Of a stretch of DNA of 64,000 nt, positions 1 through 17,153 are shown one piece after another. Each line of letters begins with the position of its first letter. Within the stretch, counting starts at the first letter, position 1. The notes under the pieces are model-generated. The model was not told the origin of the DNA. It saw only the letters and a program-made list of their open reading frames with translations, and did not search any database. The position numbers and the translations under genes are program-made. The DNA comes from the human T2T-CHM13v2.0 reference genome, Homo sapiens: NCBI RefSeq assembly GCF_009914755.1, contig NC_060927.1; one strand, given 5' to 3'.

Positions 1-88
1 GTATATCTTTCAAAGAGTGTTCACTTTATCTAAGTTGACAATTTGTTGGCATAACACTCTTATTATCTTTTTAATATCTGTGGAATCT

Positions 89-1015
<927 letters not shown>

Positions 1016-1089
1016 GTTCTGTAGAATCTGTGGTGACAACCCCACTTTTCAGCTAATATTATTCATTTCTGTTCCTTCTTTTTCCTTGA

Positions 1090-1275
<186 letters not shown>

Positions 1276-1924
1276 AGCTCCTTGACCAATTTAACTTGAG
1301 GATTATAAGTTTTGTTGATCTTTTCAAAGACTAACTTTTGGTTTTCTTAATTTTCTCATTGTTTGTCTCTTTTCTGTCCCATTGGTTTCTTCCCTTTTCT
1401 TGCTGTTATTCATTTTAGGTTTTCTTTGCTATTGTTTTCGTATCTCCTTAAGGTGGAACCTTAGGTTATTCATTCTAGATTTGTTTCTTTTTAAATTTTC
1501 ATATAACCATTTGAAGCTAAAAAATGTTCCTCTAAGTACTGCTTTAGCTGTACCCCTCAATTTTAATGTTTTATTTTTTATTATTCACCTAGATATGTTT
1601 TCTAGTGATTTCTTCTTTTACCCATGGCTTTTATAAATGGGTTGTTCAATTTCTCAATATTTGGAGGTTTCTTAGGTATCTATTATTCATTTCTAATTTA
1701 GTTTCAATGTGGTTAGACAACAGACTCTGTATGATTTCAGTTTTTAAAATTTGAGACATCTTTCATGGTCCAGAGTATGGTTTACCCTTAAGACACATAC
1801 TACATGTCCCTGAAAAAAATACATATTCTGCAATTGCTAGGTGGGTGGTTAATAGGTTGTTCAGGTTATCTTTCTCATTACTGATTTTATTTAGCTTTTC
1901 TATCAGGTAATGAAAAACAGTTCT

Positions 1925-2382
<458 letters not shown>

Positions 2383-5193
2383 CTAGGTTCTATTTTTATT
2401 TCAACTGCATTAGCAACTCCATTTTTCAATTCATTTGAACTGTAACAATTTTATTGCTAAGTAAATCATGGTATTCAAATTATTGTCATAGAAAATACTA
2501 TTCTACAAAGATGGAGTTATTGTCATAATTAACACTTTGGGATACCTCACATGTTTGAAAGTTACTTGATGGTGTGGAAGAGGCCATTTACAGATGTAGA
2601 CTTATGTATAATTTATGAAAGCATAGGTTGTAAGAAAATGGAATTTTTGATATGGATAATTGCCTATGTTCATAAACAGTGGCAAGTCTTAATTGAATTA
2701 GTTGAGTAGCATTAGCATTAACCCTCTTCCATTCATAGCTGGGCTGGCTATGGTACAAAAATCATGTCATTCTTAGATAATATACTCAAACGTCAATTAA
2801 AGATGTAAATTTATTAATTTGGAAATATGCCACTTCATCCATCATACCTAGTAAGAAACAACAGGAAAATTTGTCATAAATAATGGATTAGATAAAAGTA
2901 AAAATAATTGAAACTTTATTATCTTTGGAAAAAGCACCACTGATATTATAAGGAGAATAAACTTATTTATATATTAATTCATTCCCTTGTTATTTCAGCA
3001 ATATCTGAGTGCCTCGTATCTGTCAGGCACTGTGGACAAAATAGTTAACAAAAAGACATTGTCCCTACTTTCATGTGGCTTAGATAGTGAAAGAGACAAA
3101 CATTAATCTAGTAATTACATCAAGTACCACAAAAGAGATACTCATGGTGCTGGGGGGTGTGAGTGAAGGTTGTGATAAGGTGGGTAGTTAGAAAAGACCT
3201 TTCAAGGAGTTGGAAGTGAGCATGCACTAAAAGATGAGTAGTAGTTGCCTACCCTAGGTTAAAGGAATGGGGATTAGAAGGATAGGTAGAGAGAAGAGCA
3301 GGTGCAAAAAATGCTTAGAAGGAAGGCAGGTATAGTTAGACCTAAGAGAAAGGAAGTAAACATGGTATAAGATGACGTTGGAGAAGCAGATAGAGGTCAG
3401 ACCATGCAGGCCTAGTAGGATTGAAGTGTTTTAAGGAGGTGATGACATAATCTGTTTAGACTTGCATAATGTTACTCTGAATGCAGGCTAGAGAATGGAT
3501 CAGATGAAGGCAGTATTAATTATTGGACATCAGTTACAATGCTATTCTTGGAACAAATTTTGAGACTACTATCTGTCAGGAATGTGCTGTGTTGCTAAGT
3601 GCTGGAGATATGGAGATACATTGGTGAATAAGACCAAAAAGGCTCTTACAGAACTGAAAGCATCTTAATTATTTCAAAGGCAAAACATATATGTATTATG
3701 AATAAAGATATCGGTACTTTTATATGTACAATATAAAATATAAATATCTATAGCAAGAAGACTAGACTAATGGAAATAAAACTTTTGATCTTGGTTTTGT
3801 CAATAACTAGTTACCTGACCTCGGCAAAGGAGTGTAACCTCTATGTTGCTGGCCTTGGTAAAACTCATCTGTTAAATGAAGAATGAGGCTAAGGAGCTGA
3901 GATTTTTTTCCCTCCCGTATCTGAAATTTTACTAATTCAATTACATAATTTGAAATAATAGCTTTGTCATATCTGGAAACCTCTTGCTCCTTCATAGAAA
4001 GCTAATTCTATTCTTCCAAATGAAACTTTAAGTGCTAAATTTGTAGAGTCTTGCAAGTATGTGTCAAGTGATTTATAGCCTAATGGTTCAGATGAATAAA
4101 GCAACAATTCCTATACTAATTTACGGACTATTGAAGTGTGCAGAATAGCTTCTTCTGGCTCACTGTGATTATACTTTCTAAAGCTTATTTTATAGGCACA
4201 GATAACAGGTTAGAAGATGCCATATTACAACCAACTTGGAAATATGACATTTTAATTGGAAAATGTTAATAATTCCAAAAAAGGACAGAACTCCATGATC
4301 ATTCACTAAAACTTTTGAAATAATAATCTTTAATAATAAATTCTTGGGGGGGACTGAATCTTTGTAGTGGTACCTAGTGTGGCATTATGTACAGCTATGT
4401 ACTTAATGAATGTGTTGCAGGGTAGGAATGGCAATATACAAGGAGAGAAACAATTACATGAGGTCTAGGTGACATTACGATGTTAATATTTAGGTAAAGT
4501 AAAACATTTAATCCTATGATGAAAGATTTAAATTTACCATAAAACAGTGTTACTGCTTGATTATATAACATTTCATATTTGGAAGTAAAATCTATAAATT
4601 ATATTTTGTTGTAACTTTAGGTAATAAAAACAAAGCCCACCACAATAATTGTTGCCTAGATCATCTTGGTAAGAAAATTAATAATTTTTCAAATATACCA
4701 GTTCTCATTAGTAGACTAGAACAAACTATAAGGGTGTGAGAAAGCTTTACTCTGATTTGATGAATGATTGTACTGGCAGTGTTCACATTTGTGAACGAGG
4801 TTGGTGGGGGGGAGTAGATACACCATAACAAATACTAACTTTCCTAAACTGGCCATTCTCTGCTTCTCTGAGGGAGTATAGATGAAAAAAAGAAAGATGG
4901 ATATGGAGGGGAGAGGGGAGAGAGGAAAGGAAATATGAATACAGAGGAAAGAGTAAACTGGAAGAGGAACAAGGGTGAGATGGGGATCCCGAAGGATGGT
5001 CCAGAGTGTTAGTGAATCCGGTTGGAGATGCAGATGGGGAAGCTGCTCCTCCACAAGAAGTTCCATCCTCCACATCAAAAATTATTGTATTGCATGGGGG
5101 AAAATACATCATATTCTTCAATATACTAAGTACTTCAATTCCTTTACTATTTTGTGGCTAAAACATGTTCATTCAGCATCTTAGGTATTGTAG

Positions 5194-5547
<354 letters not shown>

Positions 5548-5943
5548 TATAGTTGATATATATGTATTTATAATGTGATCACAATGACAAGTTCATTGTA
5601 TATATCCTATACAAGCTTTAAACAGGTTTTGTCCCGTTGACATATGAATTCAATAATTATAATACTTCCAGCGAAGGGACCTGGAGGAGAGGCTAACATT
5701 TAACATAAGGAATCTTGGCTAGGATCTGTGTTGGAAGGGCACAGAAGACTGGCCAAGGGCCACAGCAAGCAGTCCACATCTTCCAGACAGGAGGAGACAG
5801 CTTAGGTGCAGCAAGGTTTCCCTGACAAAGAAGAGGGTTTAGTAAGAATGTCTGAATCAAAAAAAAAAAAAAAAAAAGAGGACTATTAGATTTGGTATAG
5901 AAGAAGGAACTGTGCCTCCTGGTGAGAAAAGAATTCAATGGTG

Positions 5944-6413
<470 letters not shown>

Positions 6414-6469
6414 TTACAGGTCAGCTGAGATAACATAGTAGTAAGAGTAGCAGCAACCATAATAGTAGC

Positions 6470-6690
6470 AGAAATAATGGTACTATTAACAGCTAACATC
6501 TATTGAATATTTACTATGTGCTAAAATGTTTCAATTATCTATATTAATTCCTTCAATTCTCATAACAATACTTTGAGATAAGTACTATCATATCCTTTTA
6601 CAGAAGACCAAACTGAGGTATAGGGATGTAAAATAACTTGCTTAAGGTCACATGGCTAGGAAATGGAAAAGCCGGGTCGAAACCCAGGGA
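6470..6690 (-). mobile_element. MIR
   Basis: TTTTACAGAAGACCAAACTGAGG...TAACTTGCTTAAGGTCACATGGCTAG. Confidence 0.65.
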
Positions 6691-7141
6691 GTCGGGTTCC
6701 CTATTCTAAAGCTATAGAGCCTCTCAAGCAGACAGGGGAAGCCTATTGTAGAGAAGTGTTCGGGGACCCCAAGGTGTGAAATCTCTGCAAAGTGATGGTG
6801 GCCCAAGGAGAAGAGGCCCACTTGGGAATGACAGCGTGTGAGTCAAAGTGTCTGTACCTGGTAGTTGCACTGCAGAAGGGGCTGGCTAAGACAAAAAACC
6901 AGGGAAACGAAGAAGTATTGGGGAGCTGTTCAGGCTAAGAGACTAGGAGTGGGAAGCTCTTCAGTTCATGTCTGCACAGAGAGAAGTAAACAGTGTTGGT
7001 AGCTACTTTGAGGCAATTTGCATAAGCAATCTTGGAAAACTGACTTGGAAGAAATCAGGTTTCAGCAATTAAGCTATGGGGATTTAAGAGTGAAACATTA
7101 GCTCACGTTATTTTAAGCCACATTCCTTGAATATTACCCCC

Positions 7142-8124
<983 letters not shown>

Positions 8125-8177
8125 CCCCATAATCATGGGGAAAGAGTTATCACATATTTTTAGGAAACATAGGGTTA

Positions 8178-8497
8178 GCCAGGTGTGATGGCTTATGCCT
8201 TGTAATTCCAGTGACTCAGGAGGCTGAGGTGGGAGGATTGCTTGAGCCCAGAAGTTCGAGACTAGTGTGGGCCAAACAGCGAGACACCATCTCTTGAAAT
8301 TAAAAAAAAAAAAAAATTAGGTGGGTATGGTGGCACACACCTATAGTCCCAGCTACTCGGGAGGTTCAAGTGGGAGGATTGCTTAAGCCCAGGAGTTCCC
8401 AAGAGTTTGAGACTGCAGTGAGCTATAATGGTGCCACTGCCCTCTAGCTTGAGTGACAGAGCAAACTCCATCTCACCTCAAAAAAAAAAAAAAAAAG
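8178..8497 (+). mobile_element. AluJ
   Basis: GGAGGATTGCTTGAGCCCAG diagnostic; A tail. Confidence 0.88.
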
Positions 8498-8825
8498 AGC
8501 AAGAGAAACACATAGGGTTAGAAAGCATGTTCTAATATTTAGTATGCAGATAATTTATTCCAATTTATACACAAAACCGTAACCAAGTTAATAAGTAGAA
8601 ATATGCAGTAATAAGTCAACATGAACTTACTGACCTATTTTGATATCATGAACAATTGATAAAGCAACAGTAACAAGTAGAGAAGGAGTATTCATGGCTG
8701 CTAATTTACCGATGGAAAAAAAAGATGCAGAAACCCCAGCCAGCCTCTGACATGAAATAAGATATGGACAGAAATCAAACTACTAAAAAATCTGGTTATT
8801 TTCCCTTCTTTCCTCTTTTCCATAA

Positions 8826-9125
8826 TTTTTTTTTTTTTGAGATGGGGTCGTGCTCTGCTGCCCAGGCTAGAGTGTAGTGGCTTGATCTCAGCTTACTGCA
8901 ACCTCTGCCTCCTGGGCTCAAGAGACCTTCCCACCCCATCCCCCCACTCTGAGCAGCTGGGACCACAGAAGTGCATCACTATGCCCAGCTAATTTTTTGT
9001 AGTTTTGGTAGTGATGGGGTTTCTCCATGTTGCCACAGGCTGGTCTCAAACTCCTGAGCTCAAATGATCCGCCCACCTCAGCCCCCAAAGTACTGGGATT
9101 ACAGGGGTGAGCCACCGTGCCCAGC
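8826..9125 (-). mobile_element. AluJ
   Basis: Antisense dimer. Confidence 0.88.
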
Positions 9126-9129
9126 CTCC

Positions 9130-10290
9130 ATAGATATTTTTTGAGAGCACAAGTGCCAGGGTACAAAGATGGAAAGGATATGGTTCTTTTCCCTATTCTT
9201 GAGTAGCTCATATTTTAATAGAGGAGACAGCCATGTTAACCAATATTTCCAATACAAGGTGACAGGAGCCATACTGAGGTATAAACAGTATTAAGCTCAT
9301 ACAAATCAGAAGAAGCAGTTTACTCTCCATGGGATAGTCAAAGAAGGCTTCATTGAGGTGATGCTTGAGTGGGGTCCTGAATGAATAGGAATTTTCATGC
9401 AGACAGAGGGAGGCAGGGCAGGTGGAAAAGAATATTCAAAGGTAGGGATTTAGGAAATCGCCTGGAATGTTTGTGGACTGACGAAAAGTTCAGTATGGCT
9501 GAACACAGGGTGCGTATGTGGTAGGGATGAGGGTGATAGAAAATTAGGTTACAGTCATCTTGGGAAGTCCATCTTATACTGGACTTTATTCTGTGAGCAG
9601 TGAAGAAACCATGTCTTTTGGTTTAGTTTTGTTTTTAAGGAGGGGGATACATAGTCATATTTAGTTTTCTAAATGAAGATAATTCTGTGACTGATGACTG
9701 GAAGTAGAGAGAGTGATTAGTTCCCAAAAGACCAACTAGAAGGCTGTCCTTGTCATAGTTTGGATGAGAGATAATGAAGGCCTAAACTCGGGCAGTGGAC
9801 TGAAGGGGGAAGATTCAGATTCTAGAAATATTTTTCAGGTCAAATTGGGAGAATGGTGTTGGGGTTGGTGGTGCAGGGAGACCGAGAGGAGGAAGGGAAC
9901 AGGAAGATGACTTTGAGAGATCCAACTTGGGAGTCAGAGTGAATGGGGATTCTACTAATCAGGAGAGAAATACAAGAGGCAGAGGAGTTAAAGGATGGAG
10001 AGCTGGGGAAAAGAAGAATTCACTTTAGCACATGAAGAGTTTGATAGGATTGTGGGTCACAGGAGCAGAAAAAATTGGTAAACAACTGGCATTATAGAGT
10101 GGGTTTCAACAAGGTCTGGCAAGAAAGAGAGACGTGGAAGCATATGCATATAACTTAAATCCCTGGGAATGAATGAGTTCACCTAGGGAAAGGGGGTTGC
10201 CTGAGAATAATACTTTGGGGAACAATAATATCTAAGCAAAGGAAACCGAGAAGGAAACATCAGAGAGGCAGGAAGAGAAGTAAGACAGTG
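9130..10290 (-). mobile_element. L2 fragment
   Basis: Purine-rich decayed L2-like motifs (GAGAGATAATGAAGGCCTAAACT, GAAGGCTTCATTGAGG). Confidence 0.5.
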
Positions 10291-10879
10291 AAAGTGGTGG
10301 TCTTTCAGCAGCTGAATTAATGACCATGGGTTAGAAAGGGGTGCTATCATTAGGGGGAACTGAAGGCTAAATATCCTTGATTCATGTGTGAAAGGGATTA
10401 AGAGATGGGAAGAAAATTTCGTAATCAGAATGGAATGTTTGAAGTTAACATTTGAGAGCTAAAGCAATTGAGTGTAAAACATTTAGGATATTGTCCATCA
10501 AAATAAGTGTTGAATTGAGGTTTTGGGATTCAAAAATTCAAGGAACTGTGAATCTAATTGGCTGGTTCATCAAAGGAAGAAAGACAGAGAACTAGTCTTC
10601 TGAATTTGGAAACTGTTCTATTTATTTAATGATACTGCTATTTATCAGAAATTTATATGGATGTAGTAATTTTTACATATTTTGATTCCACTCTCATCCT
10701 CTATATTTAATCAAAGTCCCAATAATTTTTCCTATTCCTTATCTCTCCAACCCATCTTTTCTATCTTAGTTCAGACTATCATTTCCTATGAGTTTGAATT
10801 CAACCATATTCTCACTGGTCTTTCTTCTATTTCATTCTTCTATTTCAAGTGAAGTTGTGTTGTGTTCCCAGATTGCTAC

Positions 10880-11186
10880 TTTTTTTTTTTTTTTTTTTTT
10901 TTGAGACGGAGTCTCGCTCTGTTGCCCAGGCTGGAGTGCAGTCGCGTGATCTCGGCTCACTGCAAGCTCCGCCTCCTGGGTTGAAGTGATTCTCCTGCCT
11001 CAGCCTCTGGAGTAGCTGGGCCTACAGGTGCGCACCACCACGCCCGGCTAACTTTTGTAGTTTTCTTAGAGACGGGGTTTCACCATATTGGCCAGGGTGG
11101 TCTCGAACTCCTGACCTCAGGTGATCCGCCCGTCTTGGGCTCCCAAAGTGCTGGGATTACAGATGTCAGCCACTGTGTCTGGTCCT
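10880..11186 (-). mobile_element. AluS
   Basis: Antisense dimer; TSD GATTGCTACTTTT/GATCGCTACTTTT. Confidence 0.9.
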
Positions 11187-11318
11187 GATCGCTACTTTTA
11201 AAAAATAACACAGACCATATAATTTCCTTGCTTCAAGGTTTTTAATTGATCTTCAGTGCTTTCAGCATAAAGTTTAAACTCTGTCATGACAGTGGAGCTC
11301 TTCCCAAGCTCCTTCTAA

Positions 11319-11832
<514 letters not shown>

Positions 11833-14366
11833 AACCTAGCATATGTCAGTTGTCTTCCACTGTCCTCTTCATGTATATTATGATCCAGCCACACCAAACT
11901 GTTTACTGTCTCCTATATATATTGAGCTTTTATGAGAGCCTAAAGTGCACGTAAACAAGCTAATATTAAGAATTTATGTTTTTAAAAAAGTTCAAGGTTA
12001 ATATGCCATTCAGTTCAATTGCCTATGCCGTATATAGTATTTAAAAATTTTTCATAATGCTGATCTTGAAACACTATAGCACTTGAAACAGCTTCTGACT
12101 CAGTAAGACTAAGTTACTTGTATCATTGTTTTGTAGGTATTTGAATTCTGTGAAAACCTATGCATGCAATAAATTTTCACCGCAAATACAGCTATCTGCT
12201 AGAAGTGCCATGAGAACAAGGCCCATATTTGTCTTGTCACACCTATATTCTCAGTGCTAGCATAGTACCTAATGGGTGCTTAATAGTTATTAAATGAATA
12301 AACTATGATTAGGTTAATCAGGACATCCAGTCTCTCAAACATTATGAATGAACTTGGATCTAGCTCATTCACTCTCGAAATATTTATTTGGTACCTACAT
12401 GTGAAGATTCCTGTGTTTATTAGAGAGCAATGTGTAACATTTGCCTTTGCAGTACTAGCTTTTTGAAAATACCTGAAGATGAGGGATCATGTTTTACTTT
12501 ACCAGACACCAGCCCTCTGCTAGGTGCAATTAAGTGGCATATGATCACCTATGCACACGATTATCTGAAATACTCCTCTCCACATTGCTTTCTTTGAGCC
12601 TGCAGACAGATCTATACTAGACTTTATTTACACTCATCTATTATTTCTGGGTTCTAATGCGGGCTAAAATATTTATTAGGAGACACTGGGTAAGTTACTT
12701 AAACCTTTCCTACAGTTTCATGGTATCATGGGACTATGATACCTACTTGTGGGTTGTTTTAAGGATTAAATAAGGTATAAAGTGCATAGTAAAGTATCAG
12801 TATGTTCATTCTCTTTCTTCTCTCCCTTATACTGTAATTATCTGTTTATCTGCTAATTTCCCTCACCAGATTGTGTGGTCCAGACAGGCAGTTTTCTATG
12901 CCTTATTCATCTTTATAACCCCAACAAGCACAATGGCTGTCTTAAAATTAGTAAATATTTGCTGAGTAAATGAAGACCTAAGAGAGTGAAAAAGGTTGTA
13001 TTACCCGTTTATTTGTTAATCTAACTGCCACACATCCCTTAAAAGAAATCAAGTACAGCTTTTGTTAGGGAAGCTTAAAATTCATGGCAATGATACCATA
13101 CACAGTTAATCATTAGCTTTGGAAAGTCTGTTGAGCAGAAAGCGGTGCACAAAGGAAGTAGGGCTGCTTCCCACAATAGCTTAATATGTTTTCAGTGATG
13201 AACGTTTTTGGAATGCTGGGCACACCCGACTTCCAAATACGCAAGCACATTCCAAATGGAAATTTCAATTACTGTTTTTCTTTTTTTCTGCCGTAACAGT
13301 TATCACAGCATTTTAATGAAGGTCAGACTTAAATACTGACAAGCAGGGAAACCAATAATTACCAGATTGCTTCATTCATTTTGTGGACAGCATTATAAAC
13401 TTTTCAGGCATTCTAAGATTGCCTGACAAAATTAGAAAAAATTGTTAAGTCCCCACAACCTGCTTGAGATGCTCACAAGTGTTCCATCCCAAAGTACACG
13501 TTTGCCTCTTCTTATTGGTATTTAGGTTCTGGCATCTGATTCCCCTTTCTTCTTCTATTTATATTAGCCTTCAGGTGGGAACTATGGAAAACCCACCTGG
13601 TGGGGGTGTATTTTTCTTAAGAGATTGTGTTATATGGTATCATATTTAGAAAATAAAGAAATTATTTTCATAATAGCAACGCTAATCACAGGAAAAACTT
13701 GATACATTCTTGACTAGACTTTAGGGGAAAGTACAAGTTCTTAGTGGGCGGAGGGGGGCAAAGACGAAGCAATTTGGCTCCAAAAATTCTAGAATCTCGT
13801 GGCATATTTTTATCAAATTCAAGCTTATCTTTAAAAAAATCCGAGAATTTTTCTAATTTCTAAGAATTGATTCTAACCCGCGATACTCCCTAGATGGGAG
13901 CGCAGTGCTTTAAATAATAGCATTTAAATAAGCGGCTGCTGATTTGAAGTCCACCTGGGGAGTCCGAGTTCTAGGACCGGTCCTTGGCCCTGCCACACGC
14001 CAATACAACCATCAAAGTCAAAATCCCTTAACTCAAATTTAAATACATTCCTAAAGCAGAAAGCATCCCGATAGGAAAATCCTACAGCTCACAGCAAGCA
14101 GCAGGGAAACATTTATCTCTGGCGGCACTGATTTAAGCTTAAAAGATTTGGTATCGTTTAAAAAAAAAAAAAAGCTGGGTGGGGCCGAGGAGAATCCACC
14201 CAAACTTTCCTCAGGAAGTAGGATGTTTACTGAGTAAATATGCGGTAGTCACAGAAACACCTGCTACTCCTTTAAGACCTCAGGAGCCACCACCGCCACC
14301 TCCTGGCCACATCCGGGCACTTCTCTGCAAACTCCTGGCGTCCCGACGCCCGAGTCGTTGGGCTTA

Positions 14367-14581
14367 TTTGAAACACACGCACAACCAATCAAGCGGCGCC
14401 TGCCGGGACTTGGAGAGCGTCGACCAATCACCGCCCCTCTGGAGACTCCTGCCTATGGGAAAGAGGTTGACATCACGCGCCAATCGGCATGGCTCTTAGA
14501 GAGAGCAGCTTAGTTTTTGAATCGGTTGTGGCGGCCGCCGGCGAGGAATGGCGGTATTTGTGAGAGGAGTCGGCGTTTGAA
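14367..14581 (+). promoter_or_regulatory. ECT2: Cell-cycle (S/G2/M) promoter motifs: three CCAAT boxes, E2F site, CRE-like site, CHR hexamers
   Basis: CCAAT at 14385, 14424 and 14480; GC box CCGCCCC 14431-14437; TGACATCA 14468-14475; CGCGCCAA (TTGGCGCG on minus) 14476-14483; TTTGAA at 14367, 14516 and 14576. Confidence 0.75.
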
Positions 14582-14613
14582 GAGGTGGAACTCCTAGGGC
14601 TTTTTTGAGAGTG
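14500..14613 (+). other. ECT2: ECT2 non-coding exon 1 (start approximate)
   Basis: Donor GTG|GTAAGG at 14613/14614 inside the CpG island, just downstream of the CCAAT boxes. The TSS cannot be fixed exactly from sequence. Confidence 0.8.
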
Positions 14614-15099
14614 GTAAGGACTCTGTGTGAGTGAGAGAGGTGCAAGTGGGCGAGCGGCTCCAGAGCCAAGGGCTCTTTTGCCTGCGGTCGACGTCCCCGC
14701 CCCTAGTGACCGCGAATTCCGGAGCGCCCCAGCTCAGGCTTCCCGGATCCGGGAACTCCCTCGCCGCACCCCACCCCCAGCAGCCGGGCCCTGACGCGGA
14801 GTGGGAGACCGAAGCCCCCAGTATTGCTGGGCATCTTCGCCCTCACCTGTTGGCTCTTTTGGACAGAAGAGTGTGGGTGAAGGGAGGGAGTTGGGAAAGG
14901 GATTTTGGCAAGCCGCGCAGCCCTGTGGCTTTGGGGGCCGGCACTTGCAGCCTTTGGGGGCTTATCTCAGAGTGCGCCGTGGTTTTATTCTAGGATTCAT
15001 CCTGGCTTCTTTGCGGGAAGTTTAATTTTTCGTTTTTGCAAGATAAATCCAGGCCATCCGCCCCTCGTCCTCCCCAGCCACCCGGCACAGATGTGTCCG

Positions 15100-15330
15100 G
15101 CTTAGTGGTTAAAGGCGCAGCCTCTGGATTTAGCCGGGCTTTGAATACCTCTTTTACCCCTTACTAACAGTTTGACTTAGGGGAAGTTGCTTAACCTCTC
15201 TGTTCCTACGTTTCTTCATCCATACATTGAAAATAATAATAGTACCTGCCTCTTAGGATTACTGCAGAGATTAAAAGGTTTAGGACAATGTCTGCCACGT
15301 ATTAAGCGTTAAGTAAATGTCAGTTGTTAA
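15100..15330 (+). mobile_element. MIR
   Basis: Core GACTTAGGGGAAGTTGCTTAACCTCTCTGTTCCTACGTTTCTTCATC...AATAATAGTACCTGCCTC. Confidence 0.7.
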
Positions 15331-15758
15331 TAGTAATGTTATTGTTAATAACACCACCATTATATCTTGGATTGCATTTTAGTCCTTCACCTTGGAAGAT
15401 GATTGCCTAAAAAGTATTTAAGTAAAAGGAAACTTGAATGTTTGTTTACATGGCAAATTTTATCTCTGGGATAAAAGGGGGCATGTGTTATAGTGTGTTT
15501 AGTTAGAAGCTCCTTGGGTCTGTTCTTGGGTGAGAAGCTGTGTAGGTTTATGAACACTGATCCTATTGTGCTTATTTTAAAGGCTTCTGGAATACAGTAA
15601 TTTGAAAAAAAGTGATTAATATATTTCCATTTCTAATCTGACTGTTGGATGTTAGTTATGTCATCAAGTTACCGTAGTGCATCTCTTTTTCTCTATACAT
15701 TTTGAAGCTGTTTTGGCAATAAATTGATCATATACAGTATCATCAGGGGCAATTTTAA

Positions 15759-16228
<470 letters not shown>

Positions 16229-16859
16229 GTTAGCTCATCTCCTGACTTTTTTTTTTTTTTAAACATTCTTTTAAGGGGACTTTGAATGAAAGCCACTTTA
16301 ATGCCTTTTCATTGGAAATGGTTGAGTGTAGAAGACTTAAAATAATAGGGCTGGATAGAAATTATCATTGATTCTAAATTAAGGCTGTTACAACTATTGG
16401 ACCGCTCCTTTGGAGAGCCTTAGAATAATGATTGACATGGATGTATGGTAAAGCCATAAGAAATATCCATATTGTGAATATTACATGAGAATAGTTGTTT
16501 GTTGTTCACTTTAAGACATCTATTCAGTTTTCATCTTAACTAGATTTGAGTTGTAGTACTATGTGTGTTCCACCAATGTGGAAACTGAGGTTTAACTGAC
16601 TATGTGCAGGGCTGAGACAGGAAGCTGAGTTGCCTGATTTTGAAGTGTCACATAACAGCATACAGTTTAAACTGTTACTTTGCTAAGACTCTGGAGGAAG
16701 GTATTTGTATATTTTATTAATCTGAAGAAGTAGGAAAGGGGAAAGTCTGACATGTAGCTCTCGTTAAAGGTGGGTCCTCTGTATATTTGCCTAATATTTA
16801 GAAATTTACTCTCAGTAAAGTTGACTTATTGAAAATTGATAAAAAAATCTCTAAAAAAA

Positions 16860-17153
16860 TTTTTTTAGAGAGACAGGGTCTTGCTCTGTCACCTAGACTG
16901 ACTGGAGTGCAGTGGTGGGATCACAGCTCACTACAACCTCAAACTCCTGGATTCAAGTGATTCGCCCACCTCAGCCTCTTGAGTAGCTACTATAGGCACC
17001 TGCCACCCACACCTGGCTAATTTTTAAATTTTTTGTAGAGATGGGGTCTTGCTATGTTGCCCAGTCTGGTGTTGAAGTCCTGCCCTCAAGTGATCCTCCT
17101 GCCTTGGCCTCCCAAAGTGCTGGGATTTCAGATGTGAGCCCCCAACCCACCCT
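16860..17153 (-). mobile_element. AluJ
   Basis: Antisense dimer. Confidence 0.88.

Larger units (their letters stand above)
14330..15140. promoter_or_regulatory. ECT2: CpG island / TATA-less promoter of ECT2
   Basis: Sharp rise in GC and CpG density against an AT-rich background. It contains exon 1 and its donor and lies 3.7 kb upstream of the first coding exon. Confidence 0.9.

Noticed and set aside
4716-5184. Three overlapping ORFs upstream of ECT2
   Set aside because: Driven by a purine/pyrimidine-skewed low-complexity tract; no homology recognised.
8640-8800. Protein-looking stretch (YHEQLIKQQ*QVEKEYSWLL...) as a possible relic exon
   Set aside because: No recognisable homologue or clean splice sites; cannot be supported without a search.
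14179-15105. ORFs of 66-120 aa across the CpG island
   Set aside because: Non-ATG starts; stops are scarce in GC-rich DNA; no recognisable homology.
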